A DNA stretch of 64,000 bases from an uncultured Collinsella sp. (GCA_900768435.1 CAAGCW010000003.1:4599-68598), one strand, 5' to 3'; positions 10,528-20,276 are shown, counted from the first letter of the stretch. The notes: a model not told the origin generated them from the letters alone. A program made the numbers and translations.

Positions 10528-10824
10528 ATGGCATATTACTGGCCCCAGTACGGCGTCGCCATCGAGGTCGACGACGATCCCTATCTCCTGCCTTTCGACG
10601 AAGAGGCGTTCCCCGATACGGCGGTCTACCACGTCACCACCGATGTTATCTGCGACCCCGAGTCGTTCTCGGCGCTCGCCCACCACATCGCGCGTATCCA
10701 CGACATCGAGCTCCCTCACGACTTTGACGAGCTCATCTACTCGCGCCGCCTGATGCTTCACATGCTCTTTGGAGCGGACCCGTCCACGTTCGCACGTGTC
10801 TACACCACCAAGGACGCCGCATGA
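10528..10824 (+). CDS. Hypothetical acidic cytoplasmic protein (98 aa)
   Basis: Strong RBS agggagg. ATGA overlap with the next gene. Confidence 0.5.
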   Translation: MAYYWPQYGVAIEVDDDPYLLPFDEEAFPDTAVYHVTTDVICDPESFSALAHHIARIHDIELPHDFDELIYSRRLMLHMLFGADPSTFARVYTTKDAA

Positions 10825-11330
10825 GTGCGAAGAAGCCGCCCCGCCTCGCAGGACTGGGGCGTCGAAAGAAACTCGTCGTTGTCTGTCTGGCTATCGTCTG
10901 CGCCCTCATCGCCGTAGGGCTATACGCCTGGCAGTCGCAGCCCGTGCCCGAAGCGGGCGCCTCAGTCACGACGGCAGAGGGTAAATCGCGACAAGAAATC
11001 CAAGATGAGCTCGATGCCATCGTCCGCGACAACATGATGACGATTTCGGTCGCGCCGGTCGCTCAGCTACAGGAGGACGGCAAGCTGCGCGTCAACGTGC
11101 AAAACGTCCAAGACAATAAATTTCCCCAGCGATTCCGCGTCATCCAAAACGACGAGACCATGTACGAATCCGGTGTGGTCGAGACCGGCAAGACAATCGA
11201 GACGTGCCCCGCCGGCGACATCAAAGAAGGCGAGGCATACATCGAGATCCAGGCACTCGATGCCAAGACCCTCGACAGCCACGGCAATCCGACACGTGTC
11301 AAGGTACGGGTTGAGCAAGCCGAGAACTAG
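10821..11330 (+). CDS. Hypothetical membrane-anchored protein (basic N-terminus, one TM helix, extracytoplasmic domain)
   Basis: KKPPRLAGLGRRKK followed by the TM helix VVVCLAIVCALIAVGLYAW. Translationally coupled to the upstream ORF. Confidence 0.55.
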   Translation: MSAKKPPRLAGLGRRKKLVVVCLAIVCALIAVGLYAWQSQPVPEAGASVTTAEGKSRQEIQDELDAIVRDNMMTISVAPVAQLQEDGKLRVNVQNVQDNKFPQRFRVIQNDETMYESGVVETGKTIETCPAGDIKEGEAYIEIQALDAKTLDSHGNPTRVKVRVEQAEN

Positions 11331-11420
11331 CTTTTTCGGCCGACGCGGCACCGCACGCAATTCACCAGCATTCGTCCAATCATCGCGGGGACGGCCCGCG
11401 GCGAATAGAAAGGAACGACC

Positions 11421-12020
11421 ATGGACATCACCAGGAACATGAACGGAGCCAGAGCGCTCGTCGTGGGCGCAGGGCTCGCGCTCGCGCTCGCAATGGGCGC
11501 CGCCCCGACGCCAGCTCTGGCAGCCGGGCGCGTTGGAACCACGAAAGTAATGGTCAGGACCGAGATCGACAACGTAGAGTTCAAAGTTCCGACGGTTATT
11601 CCCTTCGTCGCCAAGGCCGACGGCACGCTTCAGGGCCCCTCAGAAGACGCGACCACCATCGACAATCATTCGGCCTACGGCATCCATGTCACCAACATGA
11701 AGATCGACGCCATGAACACCTGGACCATTGCCGCCGACGCCAAGGCCGGAACCGCGCAGAATTCCATCGACTTTAAGGTCGGCCCCGACGGCGCACTCCA
11801 GAACGCCAGCGCCGCAATGCAGGAGACGGGCCTCGATCTTTCCAAGAATGCAGCCTTCGACATGGGCTACCAGGGCATTGCCGGCGGCACGGACAAAATT
11901 AAGCTCAAGACAAGCGGAAACGTCGCCCGCGTCACGCGCGACATCTTCCGCGTAACCGGCGAAGGCGATCAAGTTGCAACGATCACCTGGACGGTCGAGC
12001 CCGGTGCGCACACGGCATAA
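11421..12020 (+). CDS. Hypothetical secreted protein (199 aa) with two T-W-T-[IV] motifs
   Basis: Signal peptide ending ALAAGR. Beta-rich composition. Motifs NTWTIAAD and ATITWTVEP. Confidence 0.55.
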   Translation: MDITRNMNGARALVVGAGLALALAMGAAPTPALAAGRVGTTKVMVRTEIDNVEFKVPTVIPFVAKADGTLQGPSEDATTIDNHSAYGIHVTNMKIDAMNTWTIAADAKAGTAQNSIDFKVGPDGALQNASAAMQETGLDLSKNAAFDMGYQGIAGGTDKIKLKTSGNVARVTRDIFRVTGEGDQVATITWTVEPGAHTA

Positions 12021-12285
12021 GGCCGTCGCCCTGGCCACCGCCGTCAGTATCCTAGCGTTTGGGCCAGCCATGGCCTTTGCCCAGCAAGAACAGGCGCAGG
12101 CCGCCACGCAGGTGACGGTCGACCTCTCGGAGCTCGACCGCGGCAACTGCAAGGAACCGTTGGCACAGACAGACGACAGACGATGGCTCTTGGCAGCAGG
12201 CGCCACGGCAGCAGGCGCGGGAACCGCCGGCCTCGGTCTGCACATCAAACGCAGCCAGAAACGAAACACGGACAGGCCGCACTAA
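12004..12285 (+). CDS. Small secreted protein with a C-terminal hydrophobic anchor and basic tail (sorting-signal-like architecture)
   Basis: GTG start gives the signal peptide VRTRHKAVALATAVSILAFGPAMAFA. C-terminus is LAQTDDRRW-LLAAGATAAGAGTAGLGL-HIKRSQKRNTDRPH. Confidence 0.45.
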   Translation: MRTRHKAVALATAVSILAFGPAMAFAQQEQAQAATQVTVDLSELDRGNCKEPLAQTDDRRWLLAAGATAAGAGTAGLGLHIKRSQKRNTDRPH

Positions 12286-12303
12286 ATTAGCTAAGGAGAC
12301 CCC

Positions 12304-13734
12304 ATGGCATCGAAGAACCTTTTGCCCGTCGTCGCACTCTGCGGCGCGCTCGCAACCGGAACGCCTGTCGCCGCTTGGGCGACTCCCGTCATGGCAGACT
12401 CCTTACCAGCAGCCCTAAGCTCCGCACCAAATCCGTCGAGCGCCATTGCGTGCAAGCGTTTTTCGTTCGCACAGGCCGCAATCTCAACCTCGGGATGCCT
12501 TCGTCGTAATACGGACGGCTCGATAGTCGTGGATATCAATCGTTCGAACAAGGCAAACGGCTCCCAGGCGGGGTGCGCCGTCTGCACGTGGCGCTCGATT
12601 GTGCTCGATGCAGATGGCGATCCGTGCGATTTGGGGTTGCGCATCGATATCGCTTCGGTCGATGACTCGGCGAACGGAGCGAAGGTCGCCTTCGACGGTG
12701 CGTTTTTCGAGAAAGGAGGCGGTATATGTCTGGGCTGCGCCGCCGCGAATGCAGACGATGTGCAGCCCACCCTCTCATTCACGGCATCGCTGCGGCTGAC
12801 CAAGGCGGGCACCGATGCCATCGCGGCGGGAGAAGCATCCCTGCTGTTCTACGCCGCCAGCACCGAAGAAACAGACATTCATTTCGAGAAGCCGGCCGGA
12901 TCGCTCAGCCTTACGCGCGGGACGGAGGCAGGCCCTATTGCGATCGATACCCACACGCTAGGCAGGCAACGCATTCTTGCCGACCCGGCGCTTCTCGAGA
13001 TGGAGTGGAACGGATCCGGAGCCGTCGGGATTGTCCCCTCCGCGCTTGACGCCAAGACGCTCCCCTCAAACGACGAACCCATCAACGCAACCATACAAGA
13101 AGAGAGCACGGACAAAGAAGCAGGTGCGGGCGACACGCCGTCGCCGACAAACAGCGTCCCAGCTTCTTTCGAAGCACCGAATGAGCCCGCTACCGGTCCA
13201 AACGATCCCGAGCTCGCGGACAGTCTGGGGCTTGCTGATCCTCAGGAGATCGATGAAGGTAACTGCTGCGTGCTTGCCGCCCTCGACCACACAGAGGTCA
13301 TCGATGCTGCAAACATCGAAGTTGCCGCCGCCAATCAGCCCGTCCGCAAGTCGGCCATCATCGCATTTCCCGAATCCATCGAAGTCGTCTTTTTGCCATC
13401 GGGCGAGGTCGTGGCCCCAACACTGCTCACCTTGTTGGGCGCCAAGAATACTCGAAACGAAATTAAAAAGGTCACGGTTGTCGACCCTGCAACCACCGCT
13501 AAACTGCGTCTATACGCCGTTGCCCCAGACGGAGGCAAGACCTTGGAATTCGATGGCGACACACTTCTAGCCTGGCGACGTCTGGACATTATGCAAGACG
13601 TCTCGTATCAGATCGAACTCGAAGGGTTTGATCGTGCCCGCGATGCCAATATCATCGCCGCGGCTATTGAATCCCCGCAGCGGCTTATGACACTGCGCTT
13701 TGACTACTACCCCTATGTCCCGACAACCACCTGA
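12304..13734 (+). CDS. Large hypothetical secreted protein (476 aa) with a Cys-containing N-terminal region
   Basis: RBS aaggag. Signal peptide MASKNLLPVVALCGALATGTPVAAWA. No recognised domain. Confidence 0.55.
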   Translation: MASKNLLPVVALCGALATGTPVAAWATPVMADSLPAALSSAPNPSSAIACKRFSFAQAAISTSGCLRRNTDGSIVVDINRSNKANGSQAGCAVCTWRSIVLDADGDPCDLGLRIDIASVDDSANGAKVAFDGAFFEKGGGICLGCAAANADDVQPTLSFTASLRLTKAGTDAIAAGEASLLFYAASTEETDIHFEKPAGSLSLTRGTEAGPIAIDTHTLGRQRILADPALLEMEWNGSGAVGIVPSALDAKTLPSNDEPINATIQEESTDKEAGAGDTPSPTNSVPASFEAPNEPATGPNDPELADSLGLADPQEIDEGNCCVLAALDHTEVIDAANIEVAAANQPVRKSAIIAFPESIEVVFLPSGEVVAPTLLTLLGAKNTRNEIKKVTVVDPATTAKLRLYAVAPDGGKTLEFDGDTLLAWRRLDIMQDVSYQIELEGFDRARDANIIAAAIESPQRLMTLRFDYYPYVPTTT

Positions 13735-13852
13735 GGCTTAAATGCTGCGCATCATTCCTAATACCACTTATATAACGTATTAGATGAGTCGCGATGTGCC
13801 TCGCATTTCGTTCTGCTACGATTGCCACGTTGGCATCAATACAGGAGGGCTC

Positions 13853-14569
13853 ATGCCGGGCTTGGGAACAATCATCAACGTTGCGCTTTTAGTTGCGGGC
13901 GGTCTTTTGGGATTAGCGGGCGGCCGCTTCATTACACCGCGCATCCAAGACACGCTCATGAAAGCATCGGGGCTGTGCGTCCTGTTTATCGGCCTGGGCG
14001 GCACCATGCAAAAGATGCTCATCATCGATGGAAAGGCGCTAGCGACCACCGGTACCACCATGCTCATCGTCTCATTTGCGCTCGGTTCGCTCATCGGCGA
14101 GGCCATCAACTTGGAGGCCTCCATCGAGAACCTTGGCGAATGGCTCAAGCGCAAGACTGGCAGTGAGGGCGATAACGAGTTCACCAACGCTTTTGTCTCG
14201 ACTTCACTCACCGTGTGCATCGGCGCCATGGCCATTGTGGGATCGATCCAGGACGGCCTGCTCGGCGACTGGTCAACGCTTGCCCTCAAGGGCGCACTGG
14301 ACTGCATCATCGTCTGCACCATGACGGCGTCGCTCGGACGCGGCTGCATCTTCTCGGCCCTGCCCGTCGCCGTGTTCCAGGGGACGATCACGTTGTTTGC
14401 CGGCGCGCTCTCCCCCATCATGACCACGGCAGCCCTCAACAGCCTTTCGCTCGTAGGCTCCATGCTCATCTTCTGCGTCGGCGTCAACCTCATCCGTCCT
14501 CAGACCTTCCGCACGGCCAATATGCTTCCCTCCGTCGTCATCGCCGTCATATACGCCCTCCTGTTCTAA
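13853..14569 (+). CDS. DUF554-family membrane protein
   Basis: Six-TM protein resembling YdfK/DUF554. RBS aggaggg before the ATG at 13853. Confidence 0.6.
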   Translation: MPGLGTIINVALLVAGGLLGLAGGRFITPRIQDTLMKASGLCVLFIGLGGTMQKMLIIDGKALATTGTTMLIVSFALGSLIGEAINLEASIENLGEWLKRKTGSEGDNEFTNAFVSTSLTVCIGAMAIVGSIQDGLLGDWSTLALKGALDCIIVCTMTASLGRGCIFSALPVAVFQGTITLFAGALSPIMTTAALNSLSLVGSMLIFCVGVNLIRPQTFRTANMLPSVVIAVIYALLF

Positions 14570-14603
14570 ATCTATCAACGCAGCGGTATCTCGAACATCT
14601 GTT

Positions 14604-14653
14604 TGATGCTGTGCTATGATATGAGGTCACCGTAGCTGCGTTCGAGAGGAGGA
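14604..14653 (+). promoter_or_regulatory. Putative sigma70-like promoter and RBS for the TerB-ATPase-helicase operon
   Basis: ttgatg, 11 nt spacer, extended -10 tgctatgat, then RBS gagaggagga before the GTG at 14657. Confidence 0.35.
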
Positions 14654-14656
14654 GCG

Positions 14657-16411
14657 GTGGCCGACCAGGACATCAAGATGCTCATCGAGCGCATTATGGC
14701 CGAGGCCCGGACCCATCAGTCCGCCCGCTTCTCAAACGAAACCTACGCAGACGAGCCGATTCTCAAAACCGGCCGACAGATGCAGAATTTCCTCCCCGAC
14801 CAGTACCGTAAAATGCGCGAGATATCGCGCTGGCAGGATGACCCCAAGGGCGGTGCGGGCCGCTGGCTTTCGGAAGCCGAGCTTTTTTACCGCCAGGGCC
14901 TGCTGATGGCCGGCTTTGAGGACGACTGTCCCTACAACGGCACCTTTAAGTCGTACTTTCCCACCTACAACGCCATGAGCGACCGGCAACTGCGCGGCTA
15001 CTTTACCTGGCGTGCCCAAGTGCGCCGCGGAACCGTCGAGGAAACGTCTACGTCCTTTGCCTTTCTGTATCTCTATGAGCTGATCTGCGGCATTGGCATA
15101 GATGACCCGCTCGATGGTTTTAACAAGATCAAGGCTTTTTGGGATGTCTATCGCGCCTTCGAGCCCGGCATCGACCGGTTTGCGCGCGTGTGGCTGCAAG
15201 ATTACGCCGTGTTCCACGGGCTCGACCCCAAGCTGCTTCGCGACTCTAAAACCGTCATGTTCGATAACGCCCTTATCGAACTGCGGCGCGCGGCACGAGA
15301 CCTTGTACCGGCACCGTCCGGCCAGACCCCTAAGCGTCGCAAAACCTCCGAGCCCACGCTCCCCCTTCCGCCCGATGAGGTGCGCGAGGAGCGACTCATG
15401 GCCGCCATCAACGCCCTCTCCACGTACAACCTAAGTAGCTCGCGGCTCGACCGCAGCCACCACCGCGATCTGCGCCACGTGGCGTGCGCCGTGTATGTCC
15501 GCATGGCGCGCTACTATGACACGCACCGAAAGACCGGCATCGTGGCAAGTTTATTTGGGGAGGAGACGGCAATGCCCTACACCATGTTTGCCTCGGCCGT
15601 ATTCTTTGCGCCCGAGCGCCACGAGGACTGCGAATACCGTCTGGACCCCATCCATATCTACCGTTGCCAAAACGGCTTTTGGGAATGCATGCGTATCCAC
15701 GGTAGTAGGCAAAAGAGCAGCAAGCTCGGTGAAATGATGCGCGCCTGCGACCAACGCCTGCGCCTGGCGCTGGACCCTGCCCATCCCCTTAAGGAAGAAA
15801 AGGCCCCCAAATATCTGGCCAAGATTATCGATGACGAGATTGTGGCATGGCTTTCGTGGGACGCCGCACACCAGCCCGTCAAGATCGATATCGATCTGAG
15901 TCAGCTGGGGCATATTCGGAGCGCCGCCGCACAAACGCGCGAGGCGCTTTTGATTGACGAGGAACGCGAGGACGGCGCGTCCGCAGAAGCCGAGGCAGCG
16001 GACTCAGGGCAACCAGAAGCCGAGCCCGTAGCCGACGCGATGGTCGAGGCGGTCGCGGCGGCTGCAGGGCAGGACGAGTCCGACGAGCCGACCATATCCA
16101 CCGAACAGTTTGGTGTCGTGGCACCGCTTCTCGCGCCGACGCCCGCGTTCGCAGCTGCTACGCCCGCTGACGCCACAAACGAACTCGCGCCCGCCGCAAA
16201 CGCCTATCTCCGCGCTCTGCTCGAGCACAACGCAGTACAGGCGGAATCGGCGGTAGTGCAATCGGAGCAGAGCGAGGACATGCTCGTCGATACCATCAAC
16301 GAGGCGCTCTTTGACCTGGTGGGCGACACCGTAATTGAATTTAGCGCAGCAGGGCCGCAGATTATCGAGGACTACGAAGCAGACGTGAGAGGATACCTAG
16401 ACCATGAGTGA
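14657..16411 (+). CDS. sngA: TerB-N / TerB-C domain protein (Shango SngA-like)
   Basis: N-terminal region with the YFTWR signature (RGYFTWRAQVRRG) typical of TerB-N, and an acidic C-terminal region consistent with TerB-C. ATGA-coupled to the next gene. Confidence 0.6.
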   Translation: MADQDIKMLIERIMAEARTHQSARFSNETYADEPILKTGRQMQNFLPDQYRKMREISRWQDDPKGGAGRWLSEAELFYRQGLLMAGFEDDCPYNGTFKSYFPTYNAMSDRQLRGYFTWRAQVRRGTVEETSTSFAFLYLYELICGIGIDDPLDGFNKIKAFWDVYRAFEPGIDRFARVWLQDYAVFHGLDPKLLRDSKTVMFDNALIELRRAARDLVPAPSGQTPKRRKTSEPTLPLPPDEVREERLMAAINALSTYNLSSSRLDRSHHRDLRHVACAVYVRMARYYDTHRKTGIVASLFGEETAMPYTMFASAVFFAPERHEDCEYRLDPIHIYRCQNGFWECMRIHGSRQKSSKLGEMMRACDQRLRLALDPAHPLKEEKAPKYLAKIIDDEIVAWLSWDAAHQPVKIDIDLSQLGHIRSAAAQTREALLIDEEREDGASAEAEAADSGQPEAEPVADAMVEAVAAAAGQDESDEPTISTEQFGVVAPLLAPTPAFAAATPADATNELAPAANAYLRALLEHNAVQAESAVVQSEQSEDMLVDTINEALFDLVGDTVIEFSAAGPQIIEDYEADVRGYLDHE

Positions 16412-17699
16412 TACCGCATCCGCAGCACCTCGCGTGCCCAAGCGCGTCGCTGCCGTCATTCTCAACTCGCTCAAGGGCGGCGTGGTCCCGCGCATCGGCC
16501 TTCCTTACATCACCGTAGGGCGCGAGGTCGAGATCCGCGCCCTGCTCACCGATCTGAGTCTCATCGCCGACGGTGGCGCGAGCTTCCGCTTTCTGGTCGG
16601 TCGTTACGGCGCCGGCAAGAGCTTTTTGCTCCAGACTATCCGCACGCACGCCATGGGCGAGGGGTTCGTCGTCGCCGATGCCGACCTTTCCCCCGAGCGC
16701 CGACTGCAGGGCGGTCAGGGGCAGGGCCTCGCTACCTACCGCGAACTCATCCGCAACATATCGACCAAGACGCGCCCCGAGGGCGGCGCACTCAACCTTA
16801 TCCTAGATCGTTGGGTTGCCTCGTGTGCCGATGCCGACGAGTCGGCCATCAATGCCCAGCTCGCTCCGCTCGAGGAGATGGTCCACGGCTTCGATTTCAC
16901 CCGTATGCTCCGTCGCTATCGTACGGCCGTCGCAGAGGGAGACGAAGAGGCCATGAGCCGCGTGACTAAATGGATTCGCGGCGAGTATCGCACCAAGAGC
17001 GAGGCGCGCGCCGAGCTAGGCTCCTCGACCATCATCAGCGACGACGACTGGTACGACTACGTCAAGCTCATCGCACGCTTTTTGGTCTGCAGCGGCTACA
17101 AGGGCATGCTGGTGCTCATCGACGAACTTGTAAACCTGTACAAGATTCCCAACGCCATCACGCGCCAATACAACTACGAGAAGATCCTGACCATGTACAA
17201 CGACACGCTCCAGGGCAAGGCGCAGTACCTGGGCATGATCATGGGCGGCACGCCAACCTCCATCGAAGACCGCCGCCGCGGCGTGTTCTCCTACGAGGCC
17301 CTGCGCAGCCGACTCGCTCAGGGCCGCTTTGCGCGCGAAGACCTTAAGGACATGCTCGCGCCCATCATCCGCCTGCAGCCACTCACCTATGAGGAGTTGC
17401 TGGTGCTCATCGAAAAACTCATGCAGATCCATGCCGGCTACTTTGGCTGGACGCCCACGCTTGCCGAAAACGACTTGGTGGACTTTCTCAAGATTGAGTT
17501 TGGTCGCGTGGGAGCCGATACGCACCTTACGCCGCGCGAGGTCATTCGCGACTTTATCGAGCTGCTCGATATCCTGTGTCAGAACCCCGATGCCAACGTG
17601 GCCGAGCTGCTGCAAAGCGTCGGTGGCGATGCTCTCGCGCCGGCCAGCGAGTCGTCCGCATCATCCGACGAGCGCAACTTCGCCGAATTCACCATCTAA
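16404..17699 (+). CDS. sngB: P-loop ATPase (DUF2791/BrxD-like; Shango SngB-like)
   Basis: Walker A GRYGAGKS and a Walker B-like LVLIDE. About 430 aa, consistent with defence-associated ATPases. Confidence 0.6.
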   Translation: MSDTASAAPRVPKRVAAVILNSLKGGVVPRIGLPYITVGREVEIRALLTDLSLIADGGASFRFLVGRYGAGKSFLLQTIRTHAMGEGFVVADADLSPERRLQGGQGQGLATYRELIRNISTKTRPEGGALNLILDRWVASCADADESAINAQLAPLEEMVHGFDFTRMLRRYRTAVAEGDEEAMSRVTKWIRGEYRTKSEARAELGSSTIISDDDWYDYVKLIARFLVCSGYKGMLVLIDELVNLYKIPNAITRQYNYEKILTMYNDTLQGKAQYLGMIMGGTPTSIEDRRRGVFSYEALRSRLAQGRFAREDLKDMLAPIIRLQPLTYEELLVLIEKLMQIHAGYFGWTPTLAENDLVDFLKIEFGRVGADTHLTPREVIRDFIELLDILCQNPDANVAELLQSVGGDALAPASESSASSDERNFAEFTI

Positions 17700-17815
17700 C
17701 CTGCCAAAAAGGGACAGATTTATTTTGGAAGGTTTTATCTGGACAAACGTTAAGACAGCAGCGCAGCCACCCGTTGCCCATCAACCTGAGAGGTTCATTT
17801 TTGAGAGGAGGCCCC

Positions 17816-20254
17816 GTGAACGCCTTTGAGCGGTATGCCCCGTTTATCCAAGACTTCATCTACTCCCACGATTGGGAGAGCCTGCGCTCGATTCAGGTTG
17901 CGGCGGCAGACGCCATCTTTAACACGCAAGACAATGTGCTCCTGACGGCATCCACGGCTTCCGGCAAAACCGAGGCGGCCTTCTTTCCCATCCTGACCGA
18001 GTTTTGGGAAAACCCGCCCGCAAGCGTGGGCACCCTCTACATCGGCCCCCTCAAAGCACTCATCAATGACCAGTTTGTCCGCCTCAACGACCTCTGTGAA
18101 GAGGCCGATATTCCCGTCTGGCACTGGCATGGCGATGTCTCGCAGTCGCACAAGGCCAAGCTCATTAAAAAGCCGAGAGGCATCTTGCAGATTACACCTG
18201 AATCGCTCGAGGCGCTGCTCATTCACAAGCACATGGCGATTCCGCGCATGTTTTGCGACCTGCGCTATGTGGTCATCGACGAGGTGCATTCGCTCATGCG
18301 TGGCGACCGCGGCGGGCAGACGCTCTGCCTGATCGAGCGACTCTCGCGCATGGCCGGCGTGCAGCCCCGTCGCATTGGCCTTTCGGCTACCATCGGCGAC
18401 CCCGAGCGCACAGGCGCCTTTCTCTCGCAGGGAACGGGACGCGACTGCGTTATCCCCCGTTTTGAGGAACCGCGCCGCGTGTGGCGCATTTCCATGGAAC
18501 ACTTCTACAACTCGGGCCCCCAAGCGCAGCAGCGAGGATTCCAGAGCACGGGCCCTCAAGAAGCCGACGTGCTTGCGTGCGAGCGCATCGAGGCCGCGGT
18601 GCCTACGGCATTGCCCGCCGGTACCCAGGACAGACGCCGCGGCGGACAGCGCGCGCAGGAGGAACGCCGTCAGCGTCGCGAACAGGCACAGGGCGAGGCT
18701 ACCCCCAGGGATCACCGCACTTCTTCGGCCCCCGAGGGCGAAGTCGATATCCCGCGAGCAACCGAGCAGGCGCTCCTCAACCCCACCGACACCGCGCCCG
18801 ACAACGCCGACCCCGGCATGGGCTACATCTTTGAACACACGCGTGGCCGCAAGTGCCTGGTCTTTGCCAACTCGCGCGAGGAGGCGGAGGCCGTGTGCTC
18901 CATGCTGCGCAGCTACTGCGAGAACCGACACGAGCCCGACCGCTTTCTCATCCACCACGGCAATCTTTCGGCATCGCTGCGCGAGACGGCCGAGGAGCTG
19001 ATGCGCGACGAAGAGCAGGCGCAGACTACCGTCACCACCTCCACGCTGGAGCTCGGTATTGATATTGGCCGCCTGGAGCGAGCGTTTCAGATCGATGCAC
19101 CGTTTACCGTCAGCTCCTTTTTGCAGCGCATGGGCCGCACGGGACGCCGCGATCTTCCGCCCGAGATGTGGTTTGTCATGCGCGAGGAAGAGCCCGAGCC
19201 GCGCACGATGATGCCCGAGACCATCCCGTGGAAGCTCCTGCAGGGTATCGCACTCGTACAGCTCTATCGCGAGGAAAAGTGGGTCGAGCCGCCCGAGCTC
19301 GATCGACTCCCCTACAGCCTGCTCTATCACCAAACCATGTCGACGCTTGCCAGCACCGGCGAGGCCACGCCGGCCGAACTTGCTCAGCGCGTGCTCACGC
19401 TCAGCTATTTCCATCGCGTCTCGGCCGATGACTATCGCGTGCTGCTGCGCCACCTCATCAAGATCGACCATATTCAGGTTACCGAGGGCGGCGGGCTCAT
19501 CGTGGGTCTCGCGGGCGAGCGCGTCATTAACAACTTTAAGTTCTACGCCGTGTTCCAGGAAAACGAGGAGTTCACCGTTCGCAGCGAGTCGGCCGAGTTG
19601 GGCACGATCGTCAATCCGCCACCGCCCGGCGAGCGCATCGCCATTGCCGGACACTGCTGGATGGTCGAGGAAGTGGACTGGAAGCGTCACACCGTCTTTG
19701 CCACGCAGGTAAAAGGTCGCGTGCCGGCCTACTTTGGCGATTGCCCCGGCGACATCAACACACACGTGCTCGAACGCATGCGCAAGGCGCTGAACGAGCA
19801 CGCGTCATATCCGTACCTCATGGGTAACGCGCGGGCCCGCCTTGCACAGGCTCGTCATACGGCCGAGATTTCGGGCGCGGGAGCCAAGCCGCTCATCAAC
19901 CTGGGCGGCGACACCTGGGTACTCTTCCCCTGGCTGGGCAGCTACGCCTTCCTGGCGCTCGAGCGCATGCTCAAGATTAAATGTGCCGCCGAGCTGGGAC
20001 TTCGAGGGCTCGATCCGTCACGTCCGTACTTTATGCAGTTTAAGATGAAGGCCGACGAAGAGAGGTTCTTTGAGGTGCTCGCCGCCGAGGCCGAGAAGGA
20101 CTTCGATCCCATCGAGCTCGTCTATCCCGGCGAGGTGCCCTACTTTGATCGTTACGACGAGTTCGTTCCCGAGGAGCTTGTGCGCAAGGGCTTTGCCGAA
20201 GGCGTGCTCGACATAGAGGGCATGAAGCAACGCATCCTCAGCTGGACCAGCTAA
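17816..20254 (+). CDS. sngC: DEAD/DEAH-box superfamily-2 helicase (Lhr-like; Shango SngC-like)
   Basis: Motif I TASGKT, DEVH box (VVIDEVHS), SAT (LSAT), a HELICc region (ELGIDIG, QRMGRTGR) and a roughly 290 aa C-terminal extension. GTG start with RBS gagaggagg. Confidence 0.6.
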   Translation: MNAFERYAPFIQDFIYSHDWESLRSIQVAAADAIFNTQDNVLLTASTASGKTEAAFFPILTEFWENPPASVGTLYIGPLKALINDQFVRLNDLCEEADIPVWHWHGDVSQSHKAKLIKKPRGILQITPESLEALLIHKHMAIPRMFCDLRYVVIDEVHSLMRGDRGGQTLCLIERLSRMAGVQPRRIGLSATIGDPERTGAFLSQGTGRDCVIPRFEEPRRVWRISMEHFYNSGPQAQQRGFQSTGPQEADVLACERIEAAVPTALPAGTQDRRRGGQRAQEERRQRREQAQGEATPRDHRTSSAPEGEVDIPRATEQALLNPTDTAPDNADPGMGYIFEHTRGRKCLVFANSREEAEAVCSMLRSYCENRHEPDRFLIHHGNLSASLRETAEELMRDEEQAQTTVTTSTLELGIDIGRLERAFQIDAPFTVSSFLQRMGRTGRRDLPPEMWFVMREEEPEPRTMMPETIPWKLLQGIALVQLYREEKWVEPPELDRLPYSLLYHQTMSTLASTGEATPAELAQRVLTLSYFHRVSADDYRVLLRHLIKIDHIQVTEGGGLIVGLAGERVINNFKFYAVFQENEEFTVRSESAELGTIVNPPPPGERIAIAGHCWMVEEVDWKRHTVFATQVKGRVPAYFGDCPGDINTHVLERMRKALNEHASYPYLMGNARARLAQARHTAEISGAGAKPLINLGGDTWVLFPWLGSYAFLALERMLKIKCAAELGLRGLDPSRPYFMQFKMKADEERFFEVLAAEAEKDFDPIELVYPGEVPYFDRYDEFVPEELVRKGFAEGVLDIEGMKQRILSWTS

Positions 20255-20276
20255 TTTAGGACGGGCAAACGATAGG

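Noticed and set aside
10199-10761. Minus-strand ORFs of 78 and 113 aa in the lctD / secreted-operon intergenic region and antisense to the 98-aa gene
   Set aside because: No RBS, and one overlaps a better-supported plus-strand gene with a strong RBS. Likely non-coding promoter DNA.
17795-19801. 668-aa minus-strand ORF antisense to the helicase gene
   Set aside because: No recognisable domains and Arg/Ala/Gly-rich composition, typical of spurious antisense ORFs in high-GC DNA. The plus-strand helicase motifs are unambiguous.
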